Notes under the pieces: generated by a model | Database searches by the model: none | The model's input: the letters and a program-made list of their open reading frames with translations, nothing else | Told to the model about the DNA's origin: nothing | Source of the DNA: Malacoraja senta | Taxonomy: Eukaryota | Assembly: GCA_038087875.1 (NCBI GenBank) | Contig: CM076001.1 | Coordinates: 1,304,001 to 1,368,000, forward strand | Direction of reading: 5' to 3' | DNA: 64,000 nucleotides | In this document: positions 36,258 through 51,200 of the stretch, one piece after another | How positions within the stretch are numbered: the stretch's first letter is position 1 | Layout of the letters: every line of letters starts with the position of its first letter | Translations under genes and position numbers: made by a program

Positions 36258-36760
36258 GACACAAGGAACTGCAAATGCTGAATCTTACCTGGAACACAAA
36301 GTGCTGGAGTAACTCAGCAGGTCAGGCAGCATCTCTGAAGGACGCGGGTAGGCAAAATTACAGGTTGGGACTCTTATTCAGATTGATTCTAGTGGGGGTG
36401 ATAAAGATGGAAAAGAGGTGGGGAGCAGACAAAGCCAGGCAAGTGGGTAGAGGTCAGGGGCAGTTTTGATTGGCAGATGAGTGGACAAACATTGGAGATG
36501 AAAAGGAAACATAAGGGTGACATCTTTGATGTCCTAAAATGGAGAACATCTCTAGAAAGTGAAACCTAAGGACCAGGGGAGTTCTATCCTTGTTCTGTCT
36601 GCTGGGAAGGGGGAGCCAGAGCAGAACTGCAGGTCATAGAGGTGACACTGGTAAGGGATGCATTCACAACAGCCAGGGGGAACCATGTGCACTAAAGAAA
36701 GGACATCTCGGATGTCCTACAGCTGCTGTCTGACTCTGAGTTACTCCAGCACTTTTACCC
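36258..36760 (-). mobile_element. Penelope 3' end (pLTR and upstream purine-rich part)
   Basis: acacaaggaactgcaaatgctg...gtgctggagtaactcagcaggtcaggcagcatctctg. Confidence 0.6.
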
Positions 36761-36966
36761 AAGTATTTCGCACCTCCACAACTTTGACAGGAGTGGATGA
36801 ACAGGAATTTTGGATAAATATGCTTCTTGATGATTTAATCTTTAAACTGTAGAAATGGACAGCTGGTCTCAAAGATTGGACTGGGAATTTTACAGAGTAT
36901 TTTTAAAGGAGATTAAACATTGTGCTGATGATAATTTAGAATATGAATTTTTCAAGCAGATAATGA

Positions 36967-38645
36967 TCAAGAGTCAAGTGTATAATTGTCATATGTACCG
37001 ACAACGGAACAATAAAATACTTGCAGCAGCATAACAGGCCTGTAATCACAACACACATAGATAATATATAATAAACAAGCATTCAATACATTAATAACCT
37101 CAGTACTAGTACATAAAAACCCAAAGCCCTTTGTACATCCAGAAACTGTCCATAATACATACAGTAGTTGAGGTTGGTGTTGTGTCGTGTTCATGAGCCG
37201 AATCATTGTTGGGAACAAGTTATTTTTTAACCTGGTGGTCACGGTTTTCAGACTCTCATACATTCTTCCTATTGGTAGGAGTGAAATGAGTGCATTGCCA
37301 GGGTGGTGTAGGCCTTTTATGATTCTGGTTGTTTTTGGAGGTGTCTCCTATAGACCCCTTCAATGGAGGGAAGGTTAGTCCATGTGATGAACCGGTGGTG
37401 TCCACACTCTTTGTAATCGGCTTTGTTCCTGGATGTTTAAGTTGCCCATCCAGAATGCGATGCAACAGTCAATATGCTCTCTACCGTCTAGTAGAAGTCA
37501 TTGTAGAAGTTCAAGAGAATATTCATCAAAATGCCGAATCTCCTCAACCTTCAAAGGAAATAGAGGCATTGATGGGCTTTCTTTATAGTTGCATCAATCT
37601 GCTAGGCCCAAGATATTCAGACATATACAAGTCCAGGAACTTAAAGTTGTTCCCTCTCACCACTGTAAACCCATTGATAGGTTTGTGGATCCTTGGGTTT
37701 GCCATTCTAAAGTCAACAATCAACTCCTTGACATCGAGAGCAAGGTTATTGTTATGCCACCATTCAATCAGATTTTCAATCTCCCTCCTATACTCTGCTT
37801 CATCATTATCCATTTTTCATCCAACAGTGGTTTCATCGGCAAACTTAAAAACGCTTTGGAATTGTGTCTGACTACACAGTTATGGGTATAGAGTGAGTAG
37901 AGCAGGGAACTGAGCACACAGCCCTGAGGTGCTCCTGTGCTAATGCTTATCAAGGAGAGAGTGTGGTTGCAAATCTGTACTAATTGTGTCTACCTATGAT
38001 AAAGTCGAGGAGTCAATTGCAAAGGAATGAGCAGAGAACCATTCCCCTGAGTTTGGTAACGTTTTAAAGGTATGATGGTGATGAATGCTAAGTTTTAGTT
38101 GATGAACACACAGCCCAATGTATGTGTTCTTATTGTCCAAGTGGTCCAGTACCTTGCTAAGGTAGAAGTTGATAGGCGAAATAACAAACCTTTCAAAGCA
38201 CTTCATCGCCACGGATGTTTGGTACCACTGGTTGATAGTCATTGAGGCACGTCGCCTTACTCTTCTTGTGCAGCAGTGTTATTGATGCTCTTTTAAAGCC
38301 GGTGGGAACCTCGGACCTTAGTAATGATAGGTTGACGATGTCTGCAAAAACTCCGGCTAGTTGATCCGCGCTGGTTTTAAGAATACGGCTAGGTCGACCA
38401 TCAGGGCCAGACAATTTCTGAGGGTTTATCCTCATGAAGGATTTTCTGATGTTGGTCTTGGTAATTGAGATTACGCCATTGAGAGCTACAGGGGTCTGAC
38501 AAGGCACATCGGAATTCCCCCTTACGAAGCGAGCATAGAACATATTGAGCTCACCCAGGAGTGATGTCTTGTTCCCACTTGAGCTGCTACTTGGTTTCAC
38601 CTGGTAGGAAGTGATGGTGGACAAGCCCTGCCAAGCACACATAAC
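36967..38645 (-). mobile_element. Rex1/Babar LINE, 5'-truncated and decayed
   Basis: GPDGRPSRILKTSADQLAGVFADI.NLSL, MKCFER, ISTGAPQGCVLS.LLYSLYTH, EYRREIENL..W..NNNL.L..KELIVDFR; short tandem 3' tail. Confidence 0.88.
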
Positions 38646-40479
38646 ATTTCAGTGAGCAACTTTCTCATACTTATTCATCCACGCTCTCTGCAGAAACACA
38701 TCAAGTTATTTATGCTGTTTAATTTTTTTTCCTAACAATATATTTGAAAATCTACCTTTTTACCCCTAATATGATGTTATTTTTAAAATTAATATCGTTT
38801 CTTCCTTGATCCTGTTTTTTGAACCTGTAAACAGGTCGCTTAGTAATAGTAAAAAGTTCCCTTAGATCATTTTTGTAAATTGCCTTTATTACCTTGAAGG
38901 CATCCATGAGTTCACCTCAGTTTTTTTCCTCACTTAATCTCTTTAACTTTATTTCATAATCTTCCCTCTGTGAGGTTATCTCCCTCAGAGAGTGAAGATG
39001 ACATAACTATTATTGATTCTTTTCAATATAACATCCACACAGCTGGTAAGAGTTTTAAATGGCTGCCAGTGATGTTGGAGTGGACTTGAACAAAGATTCC
39101 ACAGGAGAAAGGCCAGTACATACAATGACTTGATGCTTTCGGCAAACTAGGAAATCAGTTATTGTCCTTTACTTTAAAGTTTTGTTGCATTCATAACCTG
39201 TACTATATGTATATTTCTCTCGCTGAAAATCAAGTTTTTAATGAAAATCAATACTGATAAGGTCCAGTGTTTTTCTTAGTCATAAATCAAAAATCGTTAT
39301 ATATTTATGACACCAAAAGCAGAAAACTAAAATAAACATACATATCTATCAAACAGTTTTATATTTTAGGCTGCAGTGACAGACCCCTAAGGCAGGTCTG
39401 CTTTTTATGAATAAATGTTTACTTTTTTGTAGACCTCCAAAGGGAATTAAAAGCCCCTAGAATGTGATACTTAGGGCTATTGGAAGAAAAATTGTGTTTC
39501 TTAATGTCATAGGATTCCAAAATGAATCCTAGTTTAAACTTTAATTGATTGCCAAGTTTCAGTTGGTGTATTTGCATTGGGGATTGCAAGAAAATGTGGA
39601 TAATTTTAAGCTCTATCTACTTTGATCAAAGTGGCAGCAGCAGTCTATGTAAGTAAAGTTAGTGTGCCTGTAGGAAATTAATGCATAATTCTCATGAACA
39701 TGTTCATGGTCAGGAAAATAAAGGCAGACCAGAAAAGGAAATGTACTGAAGTAAATCACAGAATTGTACAGCTCACAAATGAGTCCTTTTAGGTCACATC
39801 ACCCCTGCCAACTGTGATACCTGTCCATGCTTATTCCATTTCCCTGCATTAGGCCTGCATTCCTCTACACCTTTCCCATTTAAATACCTGTTCAAGTGCC
39901 TACCCAGAGGCAGATGTATAAAACATGTAGGTGCGTTTCATATTTGCCTACCTTATCAGACAAAATAGTGTTAAAAATGGTCATTATGCCTACTAGAATC
40001 CAAATTGCATTCCAGTAAGAATATTGAATATATTGAGCTGATGCCTCTGGTACCTTGCAAACTGGGATATCAGTCTTTGTGTTTTCTCTAATTATATAAA
40101 GTTTTATTGCATTCATAACCTACTGTTAATAAAATTGTTAAATGTGAAAGAACAGATGTATAAATGAAGAGTTTCTTTCCACCTGCTAGTATCTGCAAAG
40201 GAGTGCCAGATAATTAGGACGTCTATGTTCACCAATTTGACATAGTGGCTCAGGAGCTTCCCAGATCCACATAATGCAAGTAAGCACTTCTCATTAAGAA
40301 TTGGAGTCATGATTTCACTCAGCAACTGTTATTGTTGATAAGCACAAGTAACATTCACACTATAAAAGCACGAGGTTGTGACTGTCTCCAGAAATAATCT
40401 ATTCACCTCTCAATGATACTCAGGATGTCATCATGTATCCCAACAATAGCATTCTCTGATCAGCTATTTATATATTTTG

Positions 40480-41226
40480 GCAACTGAGCAAATCAGAGGC
40501 TGGGTATCTAACAACAACCGACTCTCATCCTGACTCCTCAAAGCCTTTTCCATCCATAAAGTAGAAGTCCGATGTTAGATGGAATACTGTCCACTTTCAG
40601 CTGCATCAACACCCCAGTAGCTTGATACTATCATGGGCAAAGTAACACACTTGACTGTATGCCATCTACTGCTCCAGTACCAATGTAGACTTGCTTTAAT
40701 GTGTATCATCTGAAAAATGCATTTTAGCAACTTGCCGAGGTTCTTCAATATCACCTCTCAAATTTGGAACTGTTAGCATATGACAAGAACAATAGGTGTA
40801 ATTTACCAGATAATGAAGCAGCTTATGACTGCTTGCAGATAGACCTAGACAATGTTCAGATACCACTTTTTTACTCATCCATTATCATGACCAGGAAATA
40901 TCTTGCCATTATTTTATTTTCATTCGGTCAAAATACTTGAGCACCACTCAAGAGCATTGTGTAAGAAGGAACTGCAGATGCTGGTTTAAACCAAAGATTG
41001 ACACAAGAAGCTGGAGTAACTCAGTGGGACAGGTAGCATCTCTGGAGAGAAGGAATGGATGATGTTTCAGGTCAAGACCCTTCTTCAGACTCAAGAGCAT
41101 TGTGTGAATATCTTCACAGTGCACTCTACAGCAGTTCAAGAAGTCACCTCACTATCACCTTCTCAAGGGCAATTAAGATTGGAATATTCCCGACTTTGCC
41201 AGTGACATCTGCATCCTATTAATAAA
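40480..41226 (+). mobile_element. Old non-LTR retrotransposon 3' portion (CR1-group-like), interrupted by a pLTR insertion
   Basis: tgactcctcaaagcc...gatggaatactgtccact and tail gcagttcaagaag...caccttctcaagggcaatta; related tails at 18600 and 35400. Confidence 0.5.
40963..41088 (-). mobile_element. Solo Penelope pLTR insertion with 17-bp flanking duplication
   Basis: actcaagagcattgtgt at 40946-40962 and 41089-41105. Confidence 0.85.
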
Positions 41227-41589
41227 CAGAAACAGATTAGAAAAGATTTCTGAGATGCTCAATAAAAAAAACTTATTGTCAGTAAAGGAAGTGCAAAACT
41301 TGTAAGTTATACTTCTACTCGATTACATTATTCAGTCATTGTCAGTTGCTTGGGAATTTTGAGCATACACTGGCTTGAAAGTGCCAGACATCACAGAGTA
41401 TGGGTAATCAAGTCCAATAACCACCAATTGAGACTGTGGTCAGTAAAGCGCATTCACCATGTATCTCATTAAAATGATCGCTGATGATTACCATGCGGTG
41501 GTAGAGGAGGAGCAAAAATCTGCTCTGAGCAATTCTTTCCCACCTCTTGCAAGCTTTGTTCACTTGTTTGTCAGACAACGTTCTGCCAT

Positions 41590-41860
41590 CGCTTTGCCAC
41601 AGCCAGTGCCACATCTGTGCCTCTGCGGAGATCGTCCGCAGTGCATGCCTCAGTGCATGCAAGTCAGTAGGTGGGCCATTTCTGTACTTCTGCACAGTTG
41701 CACTTGTCACAGTTCGAGAGGCCCCACTTCTTCAGGTTGAGTCCGCAATGTCCCACTCCAGTGCGGAGGCGGTTTAGAGCTTTCCAGGTAGTATAAGGCA
41801 GGTGTTGTCCTGGTGCCATCTGTTGTTTGGTTCTCGCAAGCTTATTTGTTCTTTTGATGT
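41590..41860 (-). mobile_element. Vingi/Ingi-like (I group) LINE C-terminal zinc-knuckle fragment
   Basis: Minus-strand translation GQHLPYTTWKALNRLRTGVGHCGLNLKKWGLSNCDKCNCAEVQ, frameshift, MAHLLTC (CCHC). Confidence 0.7.
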
Positions 41861-44091
41861 TCTGTCTTGAACAACGTCATTTCTTCAGACTGAAAGTGGG
41901 TCAACTAATGCATTAGATTTACACCATAGAGCTCAATCTGTAAAAACTATCAATGGAAAGTACCTGACAATTTATTGAAGCTAAGATGAAAGCTAAAAAA
42001 TAAAATACAAAAATTGACCAGCTCTAAAATGAAGAAAATAGAGGTGTGAAGGGTATTTCAATATGCTGAAATCATACCAAATGTAGAGAAAAGATGAAAT
42101 CCATTAAATTTTCCTTTGAAATTGAGATGTTCACATTACGAGAGAACCAGATTAATGTATTTGTTTTTTGAGAAAGTACTAGAGAAAAACACCAAAAAAA
42201 TGCCTAAGTATTTTTGTTCAAGCATTGGAAAATGGTGGAGATGAAGTGCACCTAAAAGATAGATTCAAATTAATAAATGTAGAAGAGATAGTTCAACTTA
42301 ATCAGCCTTCTATGGGTAACAGATTAAAGGCACAATACTGATCAAGCACGATGTCAAGGTGGAATGAAGGAGAACTACCTTTATTGAATTGTTACATGCA
42401 ATTAATAGCAAAGAGTGAATAAAAATTCTGCAAACACCCAATGGGAATCAACTTGTTTTCTTTCATTAAATTATTAGAAATGATGCCATTAAAATGTTCA
42501 TACTTCATCTTGACAGCTTCTTTGTGCAACATTTTATATTATTCATAGCATTCTGGTAACCTATGTGTTTCTGTAATCTAGCAATAATAACTGTTTTCAT
42601 CATCCAGTTTACAAAGTGTGTTAAGTGTATGCTGTTGATTTGTCATAATACCAAAAGGCTTCACTAATAATTATAAAATATTTCAATGTCAAAATTGGAG
42701 ATAATACATTGATAGCATTTAAAGAGGCAGTAACCTTGTAGTTTTAATGGTTAGGCACTTGACCCCCAGTCCTTCCTATGATTCAGGAAACCCTTTATAA
42801 AAGGGTTACTAAAAATTCAGGAATATTTGAATGATATACATATTGAAATATGTCTCTAGAAACTATGAAGTGGGAACCATTTTTGTTGTATATTAAAAAT
42901 AATCAGATAATCCATTTGTTATTTTTATCCCTTCTTGCATTGCTTCCACCCATCTCATCCCATTCTTCCTGATGTCATTGAATCAAACTGGGCTGTATGT
43001 TTAGGTGATGGCCAGTCACTGGAGATTATTCTTCATGTGAGTGACTGCTGGGGAGGCTACCAACATTAGCCCAAACATTCCCTTATCTGGAATCCAGCAC
43101 ACACTTTGCAACAAGCACTTTTCATCAAAAGTAGTACATAACCATAGTTCAGGAACGTTGAACCCCGTTATAGCTCTCATTAAACCAAAGCCGTGAGTGG
43201 TTTACTCAATATAAATCAATTCATCGGGATTATGCTGTACCTTTACTTTTTTATGGTTGGGAAAGGGGGACCCATTTATCCAACAGGCTTTCACTCATGT
43301 TTTTAATGACTGTTTTCTTCGATATTCCTGCAGGCTTCCTCAAGATAGCAGGTCTACAGTCAAGTGTAACCAGCCTAGTTCTGCTGGTTTAAAGGTTTTT
43401 TTTAAGACTGATGCACAAAAACAGAACCAGAGGACTTGTCCGCCATCTTGTTTATTATTCATCTCAACACAGCTCCTGATCAGACCGTTGTCCTTGTTGA
43501 ATTAAGGGTGTGAATCATTGTTCTAAATGGCATCCATGCCAAGTAACGTAATTTCAAAATGAAACTTATCTAAAGAGAAATAAAATTGCACCGTTAGTTT
43601 TTAGAGTAACACCTCAGTGGATTAAAAAAAAAGTGATAGTTTATTCATTTCTCGTGATCACTAGAGGTGTTCCAGATCAACTTTTAACATGGAATTATTT
43701 CCCATGCCTACCACATTTTAGAATTAGAAACTGTGACCTAAGGTTAATAGCTAAAAAGGATTTAAAGTTCCAACTAAAAAAACAATAAACTTGTCAGTGA
43801 ATAAATGTGGCAATTAAATATGAGGCTTTAAGAACAGTTCTAATTTTTTCACCAAAGCCCGTTGAGCGCATTCATATGTCACGCATTTAGTTTATGTGGG
43901 TGATCTGCGGGACTTTATAGCCATGAGTTAACATTTATTGTGTCACCAATGGCTCATTTTGTATTCAGGGTTGTGTCCAAGATGGAGGTTGAAAAATCAT
44001 TTGGCGCTGTTTTGAAGCTAATATTTATATCTCAATCATCATCACAAGGAAATAAAAATAATTTATATTGGATATTTGCAATAATTGATAA

Positions 44092-44190
44092 ATCAAAACA
44101 GTGACTACACTTAAAAAGCATATCTCGTTTGGTGTACAGTCTATTGGGAAACCTTCAGGATTGTAAAAAGCACTGTATTAATGCAAGCCT
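44092..44190 (+). mobile_element. DeuSINE-like SINE 3' remnant
   Basis: aacagtgactacacttaaaaag...aaaagcactgtattaatgcaag resembles the AmnSINE1/SacSINE1-type 3' end. Confidence 0.5.
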
Positions 44191-47100
44191 GTCAATGTTT
44201 TACTTAAGTGAGGCTTGCATATGGCTTTAGCATGTCCCCATTAATCATGCCATGGGAGATGTTGGCAAAAGTGAAAGTAACTTAAATTTCCTACCACTGC
44301 ATTTGAATCACCATTGCATATTTAAATCATTTGCAATTATTGTATTAGCTTATCTCTCGCTGGTATATCATCAAAACATATGTTCAGTTCCAGTTGTGAC
44401 ATTTTTAATCAGTTTGTGATATTATGTTCTTAGTGTTATCATTTGCTCATGTTACAATCCCCTCCAATACAGGCAATATATCATAAAATCTGATATATTA
44501 AATAAAAATTATCTTAATTATATTTTGTGAGAATAAAATGCCAGTTTTTCAAGGTTATGGTAACATAATTGGTAATTTTAGCAGATGAATCTTAAACATG
44601 TTCAAATAATTTAAGCCACCCCTTTACTTTAAATAGATATAACACCTCCCCTGAAATTATGAGTAAAGAAATGTCAACAGGCGCAATAAACGTGTCTTTT
44701 ATATCGCCACAGACATTTCTTGGCTTATGTAATTTACAACTCATATTTCAAACTTAATAAGTGGAGAAAATCCTTATTAAAATGTTGTTTATGCTATTTT
44801 ATTTAAACTGGCCATGCATTTTTGATTTTTCACTTAGAAAATGTATGTGTTTTTAAATGGCTAAATCAATGTTTTACATCCATTGAATTCAATGGTAGTA
44901 AATCATTGGTGGAGTTTGTCTCTTCAGCACTAAAATACAGAAGTATTTTCAAACTTGTGTTAACAGACAGTAGGAATATCATGATAGCTTGTTCAGATTT
45001 TTCATGGTTGATATTTTGTTATATAAATGCTTTATTTTCTTTGTTCTCATTCAGAGTACGAGAAATGCGAAACACAGTACTCTACCCGAAAAACAAAACC
45101 TGCTCTGCAGAGTTTACTAACATCAGCATGTGTGCTTGCCAACATATGTTGTTATTCTGTCTCTGGAGAGGTCTTTATTGTGTATGTTACATCTACTTTG
45201 CAATTAGCATGCACCAAAATTATCAATATTGACCCAAGAACTACAGATGGATTCATACACTGTGTGCAATTTTATATCTGGGAATCCCCAAAAGAAATGT
45301 GTCACTCACATACCAACCGATGAGTGCATATGTTGCCAAATTATATATCCCTTTCAGCGTAAACTTCTGGATAGAGACATTTGTCATCCCTAATAGAGAG
45401 AAATTAGTGATTACTCAGTTTAATGGACCTCAAAACATTGGTCAAAGTTAAGATCTTATAAATAGTTGAGCTTATGAACTAAATAAAATACAATCCAAAG
45501 ACTTCATTTTTAGCCAGCAATATAAAAAGGTTTGCATTTATTTAGGACCTCTTTACCACTGTGTTTCTCCAGTTCTGCCCCTTTGTTCATCTCTGATCTA
45601 CATTACTGCAGCATTGGAGGAATGAGGATGAAATACGGACCATCGCAAAACATTATCTGTCCATTTCCCTCTATAGATGCTGCCTGAGCTCCTCAAGCAG
45701 TATGATTTTTGCTACAACATTGTCACTTCTGTCTTCAGCATTCGAGGCTCCGAAATTCCTTCCTGAAAAGTCATCCTGAAACGTCAAAATCTTATCTATC
45801 CCTTTTTTAGCCACACCTTAAAATATACATTTTTTCTATCATATTTTTGTAATATTTCATTCTGATTCATTTGAGTGTTGATTCTCCAAGCTGTTAACAT
45901 TAGCTCATTTCCAAAATCTGTTCCAATTCAAACATTGCACCTTGTCAACGAAATGTAGACTGAGAAGCACAGAAGAACCTGTGCTGGAGTTCACTGGGTT
46001 ATGGAAGATCTGACTTATGGAAATCAACTTTAAGAAATTCTCCCATAAATGTGAAGAGAAGATAAAGCCCATTGTTCAGTCATCGTATGATGAGTTTGTA
46101 ACGAAGATGCCTGTGCTTCCAAATCTTCATAACCTTCCACATCCTCAGCTCCATCTTTATTTTATGAGTTATCTACTGTGCTCCCTGGACTTATCACAAT
46201 TACAATTTGATTGCTAATGATCCCAGCCAGCATTTGTAAGGGAATGCTTTGTTCGCCTAACAAATAATATTGAACTGTTTTGTGATATTAATAACTGGAT
46301 ACAGGACAGGGGCTCCCTGGGTTATGAATAACTTCACCTAGAAATCTTGCACCACTTTCCCATACAATTTTAAAACATTTTTCAAGCTAGTAATAATAAC
46401 AAAGATGTTTCATGTTATTCATTAACAATTGAATACAGTATATATCCCATTAGTTTACTTATGGGTAGTGTTAGGGAGATTACTCAATGAAAGGAAAGAT
46501 TTATAGCGACTGTATGTAGAGCGTTATGATTTGGGTTAATATAGAAAGCATGTTTCTGACTTGGAGAGAAATTGGCTTACACAGTTCTCAGGCCGTTACA
46601 TAATCTGGAGACTGTTTATGTTCCATTTGTTTAATTTTGGTGGGATTGGAATGAACATAAAAGATATTCAGTGCAATGTAAGAATTATATGAAGTGTATA
46701 CAGAGTGAAACAATATGGTTAGCTTTAGAAAAGTGATGACAGTGACATGCAGCACAAAGAGAAAACAAAGTTTAACTTAGTTTATTGTCGCAGGTACAAT
46801 GAAAAATAGTGCATCAGGGAGGGCAGGCTCAGTTATCTCAGCAATGGGTTGTTTTTTTACTTACAGAAAAATCTTTTAACAAACATTTCTCAGAAACAGA
46901 ACCCATATGTAACCCAGGAATTGCTTGTATTTGGGTGGCTGCATCAAAGTTATTCTTCAAATATGCACTTCTGCTTTAGTGTGGACTATCTGAGCGCTTT
47001 ATTCCAGTAGAATACATATACCTGCAATTGAAATAGATTAGAAATGTTTGTTTTCAAAATATAGAAATGTTGAAGAAAAGTTATTTGGGGAAACTGGGCT

Positions 47101-48127
47101 AATTTACTGGGCTAATTAACACAGAGTGAGGAAACTTCTGTATGGTTTGTGCTTAATGGAGCTGAATCAAATGAAATGTTTTCTTCAGTTGAGAGCTATA
47201 GGGTTCAAATGTCAATTGTTTTTTTTATCAACCAGCGCAAAACCGCAGATACAAAGGGCCACAGCACATTTGCAAAATGGGTTTGTCACAACTGAAAATG
47301 CAACAGGACGGGGGTCAACAATGAACAAGATTGCTTTTTATTTGGTTTGATTAATCTTTTCAATGGGCTTTATTTGGACTAACTAATCGCAAATATATAT
47401 TTATGAGCACTTTTCCTGTTGTTTCTTTAGTTTTCTAAAGTACATACAATTCTAATACTTGGAAATGGTCCTACAATTTTCAACAATTTCCTGAATAATC
47501 TTGCAGTCAATCTGATCACTCATCCCAGCATCCCATTTGACTCCTTATGCCACATATCTCACTCACAATCAGCCTCGATCCTAACCAGCTCCGCAGAAGA
47601 CTCCACTCTAGTCATTCAAATTTCAACCTTTCGAGATGACACATCAAAAGGAAAGGCTGAATATTAAACTATATTATATTTTAAGATGAATTCAAACCAC
47701 ATTTTATTGAAATTGCAGGAAGGAGAAGAATAAGGATCATCTCAGAATATCTTTTGTGTGTGTATGTTAAATAAGCAATGATGGCCAATTAATTGGAGAG
47801 ATGGTTGTAACTTTAAATAAAAGTAGCATATTTCTGTAAATCTGTATGGATTTAATCCATTGCACCTGGTTATAGCAATACCAATGGTAATCTAATGATT
47901 TAGGGAAACCCTTATTCATAAATGTCAGACAGAGATTGGGGTCCAACTTTTCTCCCTGTCTGTCAAGAGCAGACTTACAGATCTGAAAGAAGAATACCGG
48001 GGACCTGGTATAGCATAACAATAAAAACTTGTTTTGCTTAACAACTAAATTCTTAAAACCCCCCACAAAATATGAACAAGTAACAGGAACAAACATGCAT
48101 TTAAATGAAGGTATCAAAAAAAGTGAA

Positions 48128-48700
48128 TAGTGGGGTTGCACGTAAGGTCATCGGGTCAAAGGGCGTGATGCACGGACCAGCTCAATCCATGTGGAAGACA
48201 TGGCAGCTTCCGGCATATACTGTTAATACACGAAACGCGTACTTTCTTACCCGTTAAAAAACGCTGTAAATTTCATTTTTTGCGCTGTAAATAATTGTGG
48301 AAATCGGGATAAGCGTGAGAGACATTTATCCTACTTCAGAATTGCAAAAGTGAGGAGAAATTATGGTAGAGAGAAGCGAGAGCTGAGGGACAACAACAAC
48401 TAAAGTGCTTGGCGAACATTGGCCGTGCAGATATCGAGATTGAAAATATTGGGAATTATCGCGTTTGCTCACTGCATTTCATCAACAGTAAGGCATTATT
48501 TGTGTTTTTTCTTGATTCCTTTGGTATCTAAACAAATTTAAATCGCCCATGGTTCTGAAGTGGGTTTTTACATGCAAAAAGAAAACGCTTCTGAAGCTAA
48601 ATTTATCATGCTGCACCCATTTTACTGGCATGAAAAGGTTATAAATTTGGTGGGCATTGTGCATGTTTATTCTGAGCCAGAAGTACCTAAAACCTTACAT
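48128..48700. mobile_element. Probable DNA-transposon fragment (CpG-rich island in AT-rich DNA), ends unresolved
   Basis: Abrupt CpG enrichment; weak inverted match cgtaaggt / accttaca near the ends. Confidence 0.35.
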
Positions 48701-51054
48701 ATGGAAGTAGGAGGAATACACCTAGAAATTAATTCCTGATGTTATTGAACTAAATATTGGAGAGTATTGAGGACTGTTGCTACTGTGCAGCACATTTAGT
48801 GATATTGACCAGTGATGTATTCCTTGACATTAATGCTTATTTAATGTCCCCTTTATGAATTTGGTTCTGACGAATGCAGCCATTGTCACAGCTCTTGTCA
48901 TTAAATATTTAGGCTTGTTATCATGTCTGCTAGAGTTGTTTCCATGTTTGTGTGCAAGAATTGTGTGCTAATCTTTTTATCTCCTTTCCACAAGGAACAC
49001 AAAATCTCCACCAAATATCCCCATTATGGTGGTACAATCAAAATAAGGATGTTACCATTTGGAAGCATACGCACAATGTTACAGTGCATTGTTGTAATCA
49101 GCCTCTTGATTATTTCTGTAATTAAAAATGATTCGTACCTGAAGTTACTAGATAAAGGGCAAATTAAGAATTATCAATACTCTATATTTATAAAATAGCA
49201 AAAAAGGACATGGTTCTGTAGTTGTGCAGCGTGATATATGGGATATTTTTTCTTTAAAGAAAGGCTCTGTTTTGTTTCCTGGTGACAGTTTGAATAGTTT
49301 GATATTTTGAGCAGCCAGTCTACTGTACTATTCATTTTCCTCATCATCATACCACAAATAAATGATTAAAATTTGTTATAATTGCGGTCCCTTAAAAGAA
49401 CCCTCAAAGCTATGAGATGAGGTTTTGTTGTAATTTGAATTTTAGTGTTCCATTTACGCTGTCTTTTAATGTTCCTTGTAATTAAGTCATTAGTAAAAAA
49501 ACACATCTGGAAGTTCTTTTGGGAACATTTAATTTTCTGCTAGTTTGTCAATAACATAACTCATGACACAAAGGACCCAGCTGCCGACAGTGCCATGCTG
49601 TAGAAATGTCTTTTCCTTCCTTGTGCACTACCAATTGTACCTACAGCTGTGAAAAATTCATCCACACAAAGATAAAGTTTCCCCAGCAAAGTCGGCCTGG
49701 AAGCTCTTTGACCTAGGGAAATTGATATTTGCTAAGTTTCACATTGAAAACAAGCATCACTTTCACAGCTTGCCGACCTCTGCTTTGGCCCATTGCCCTT
49801 TCAGGTGAAAGGGGAGGCTAGAGAAAAGTCTAATGATGTCCATGGTCAATCCCTAGCTGCCCCCTGCCCCCAAGCTGTTGCCTAAACTCTATAACTATGA
49901 GTCTTTTGCTCTCTTCTCAAGGTGACTGTCAAGATGTACAAGCGAGGGGGTCACGGCTGGTTATGGAGAGCTGTCTCTAGCACAGTGGTTATTCCATACA
50001 ACTCCCACGTCGCTTTCAGGGTCTGTGGAGAGGACGCAGATGCCAAGATCCCAGCCAACAACATCGACAGAATCATCCTGAGCATATGAAATTGATTTCA
50101 GTATTAAATCGGCCGTGGCAGCTGTGCCACATTATTACAATAATCTGTGGCCACTCTTCATTGATTAGTTAATTTGTGTTCTTCAAATAATCGAAAAGCA
50201 AATCTCATTAGCCATAGGTCAGTGGACATGAAAAAAGGGAAAATTCATTTTGATAGCCTAGTTGGCTGAAAAAATGCAAAGCATTAAGCTGTGTAAGTTA
50301 GAGTGTACTGTGTGCACTCCATTTTAAGAGTGTTTAGCCACCCTGATAATTAATAACTAGAGGACAACTGTTCTTTTATAGTACTAGTGAGGTCATGCAG
50401 ATCAGATGAGAGTTGATACTCTTGAGTTATAAACAGAATTGCATGTCAGGTGTTTAATGTAAAAAAACTTTTATTAACACAACTGTTGGTTACGACATTG
50501 AAAGAGATAATTTCTGTTCTGTTTATATGCCTATGTTTTCACTATTGATCTTTATAAACAGGAGGAATGTGCTATGTGCTGAAGGTTATATTTTCTAACA
50601 AGTGTAAAGGAATTGTATCTTTTTAAAAAGTAAATTGGTATTTTATACTATCAGTATGCTTAAAGTCACATTGTTTAATTCTATTAATTTAATTGAAAGT
50701 TAATCTTTAGAATTTTTTTTACTGAACTAAGATTGGTTTTCTTCAATGTCGCTTAATGTTAAGTCAGTCATAAAAGAGAGAGAACAGAAGCCCAAGATGT
50801 CGGGAGGTATGCTGATTGGATTTGAATGCTGTTGGAGTGTGCTTCTTGTAATTAAATCAGCCTCAACCTCCCTCCACCTCATTTACCTATTTCCACAGTC
50901 GGAGCTATCCAGTCACACCCACCACCACCTCCTTCCCTACCCCTCCTCCAACTCTACCCTAAACAGCAAGCAGTGCGAGGTAATGCCATAATCCTTCGGT
51001 CATTGAACAACTTGGAGAGTCTAGGAACAACCTGAAAAGGAAGGTACGCATTGA

Positions 51055-51200
51055 CATAGCTTTTATTGCAACTTCAGACATTCCCAAAGGGTTCTACAGC
51101 TAATGAAATACATTTAAATTGTAGTCACTGCTCTCATTATACAGAATGCAGCAAAATAAACTGTCAAACACCACTGTTTTGAATGACCAGATAAATCTGA
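51055..51200 (-). mobile_element. DeuSINE-like SINE 3' remnant
   Basis: tcccaaagggttctacagctaatgaaata...tgtagtcactg...aatgaccagataa; reverse-complement similarity to 44092-44190. Confidence 0.5.

Noticed and set aside
37329..37891. 180-aa and 100-aa plus-strand ORFs
   Set aside because: Antisense to the Rex1/Babar RT remnant.
44822..45323. 136-aa and 98-aa ORFs with a possible acceptor at 45054
   Set aside because: No recognisable homology and no clear donor or partner exons.
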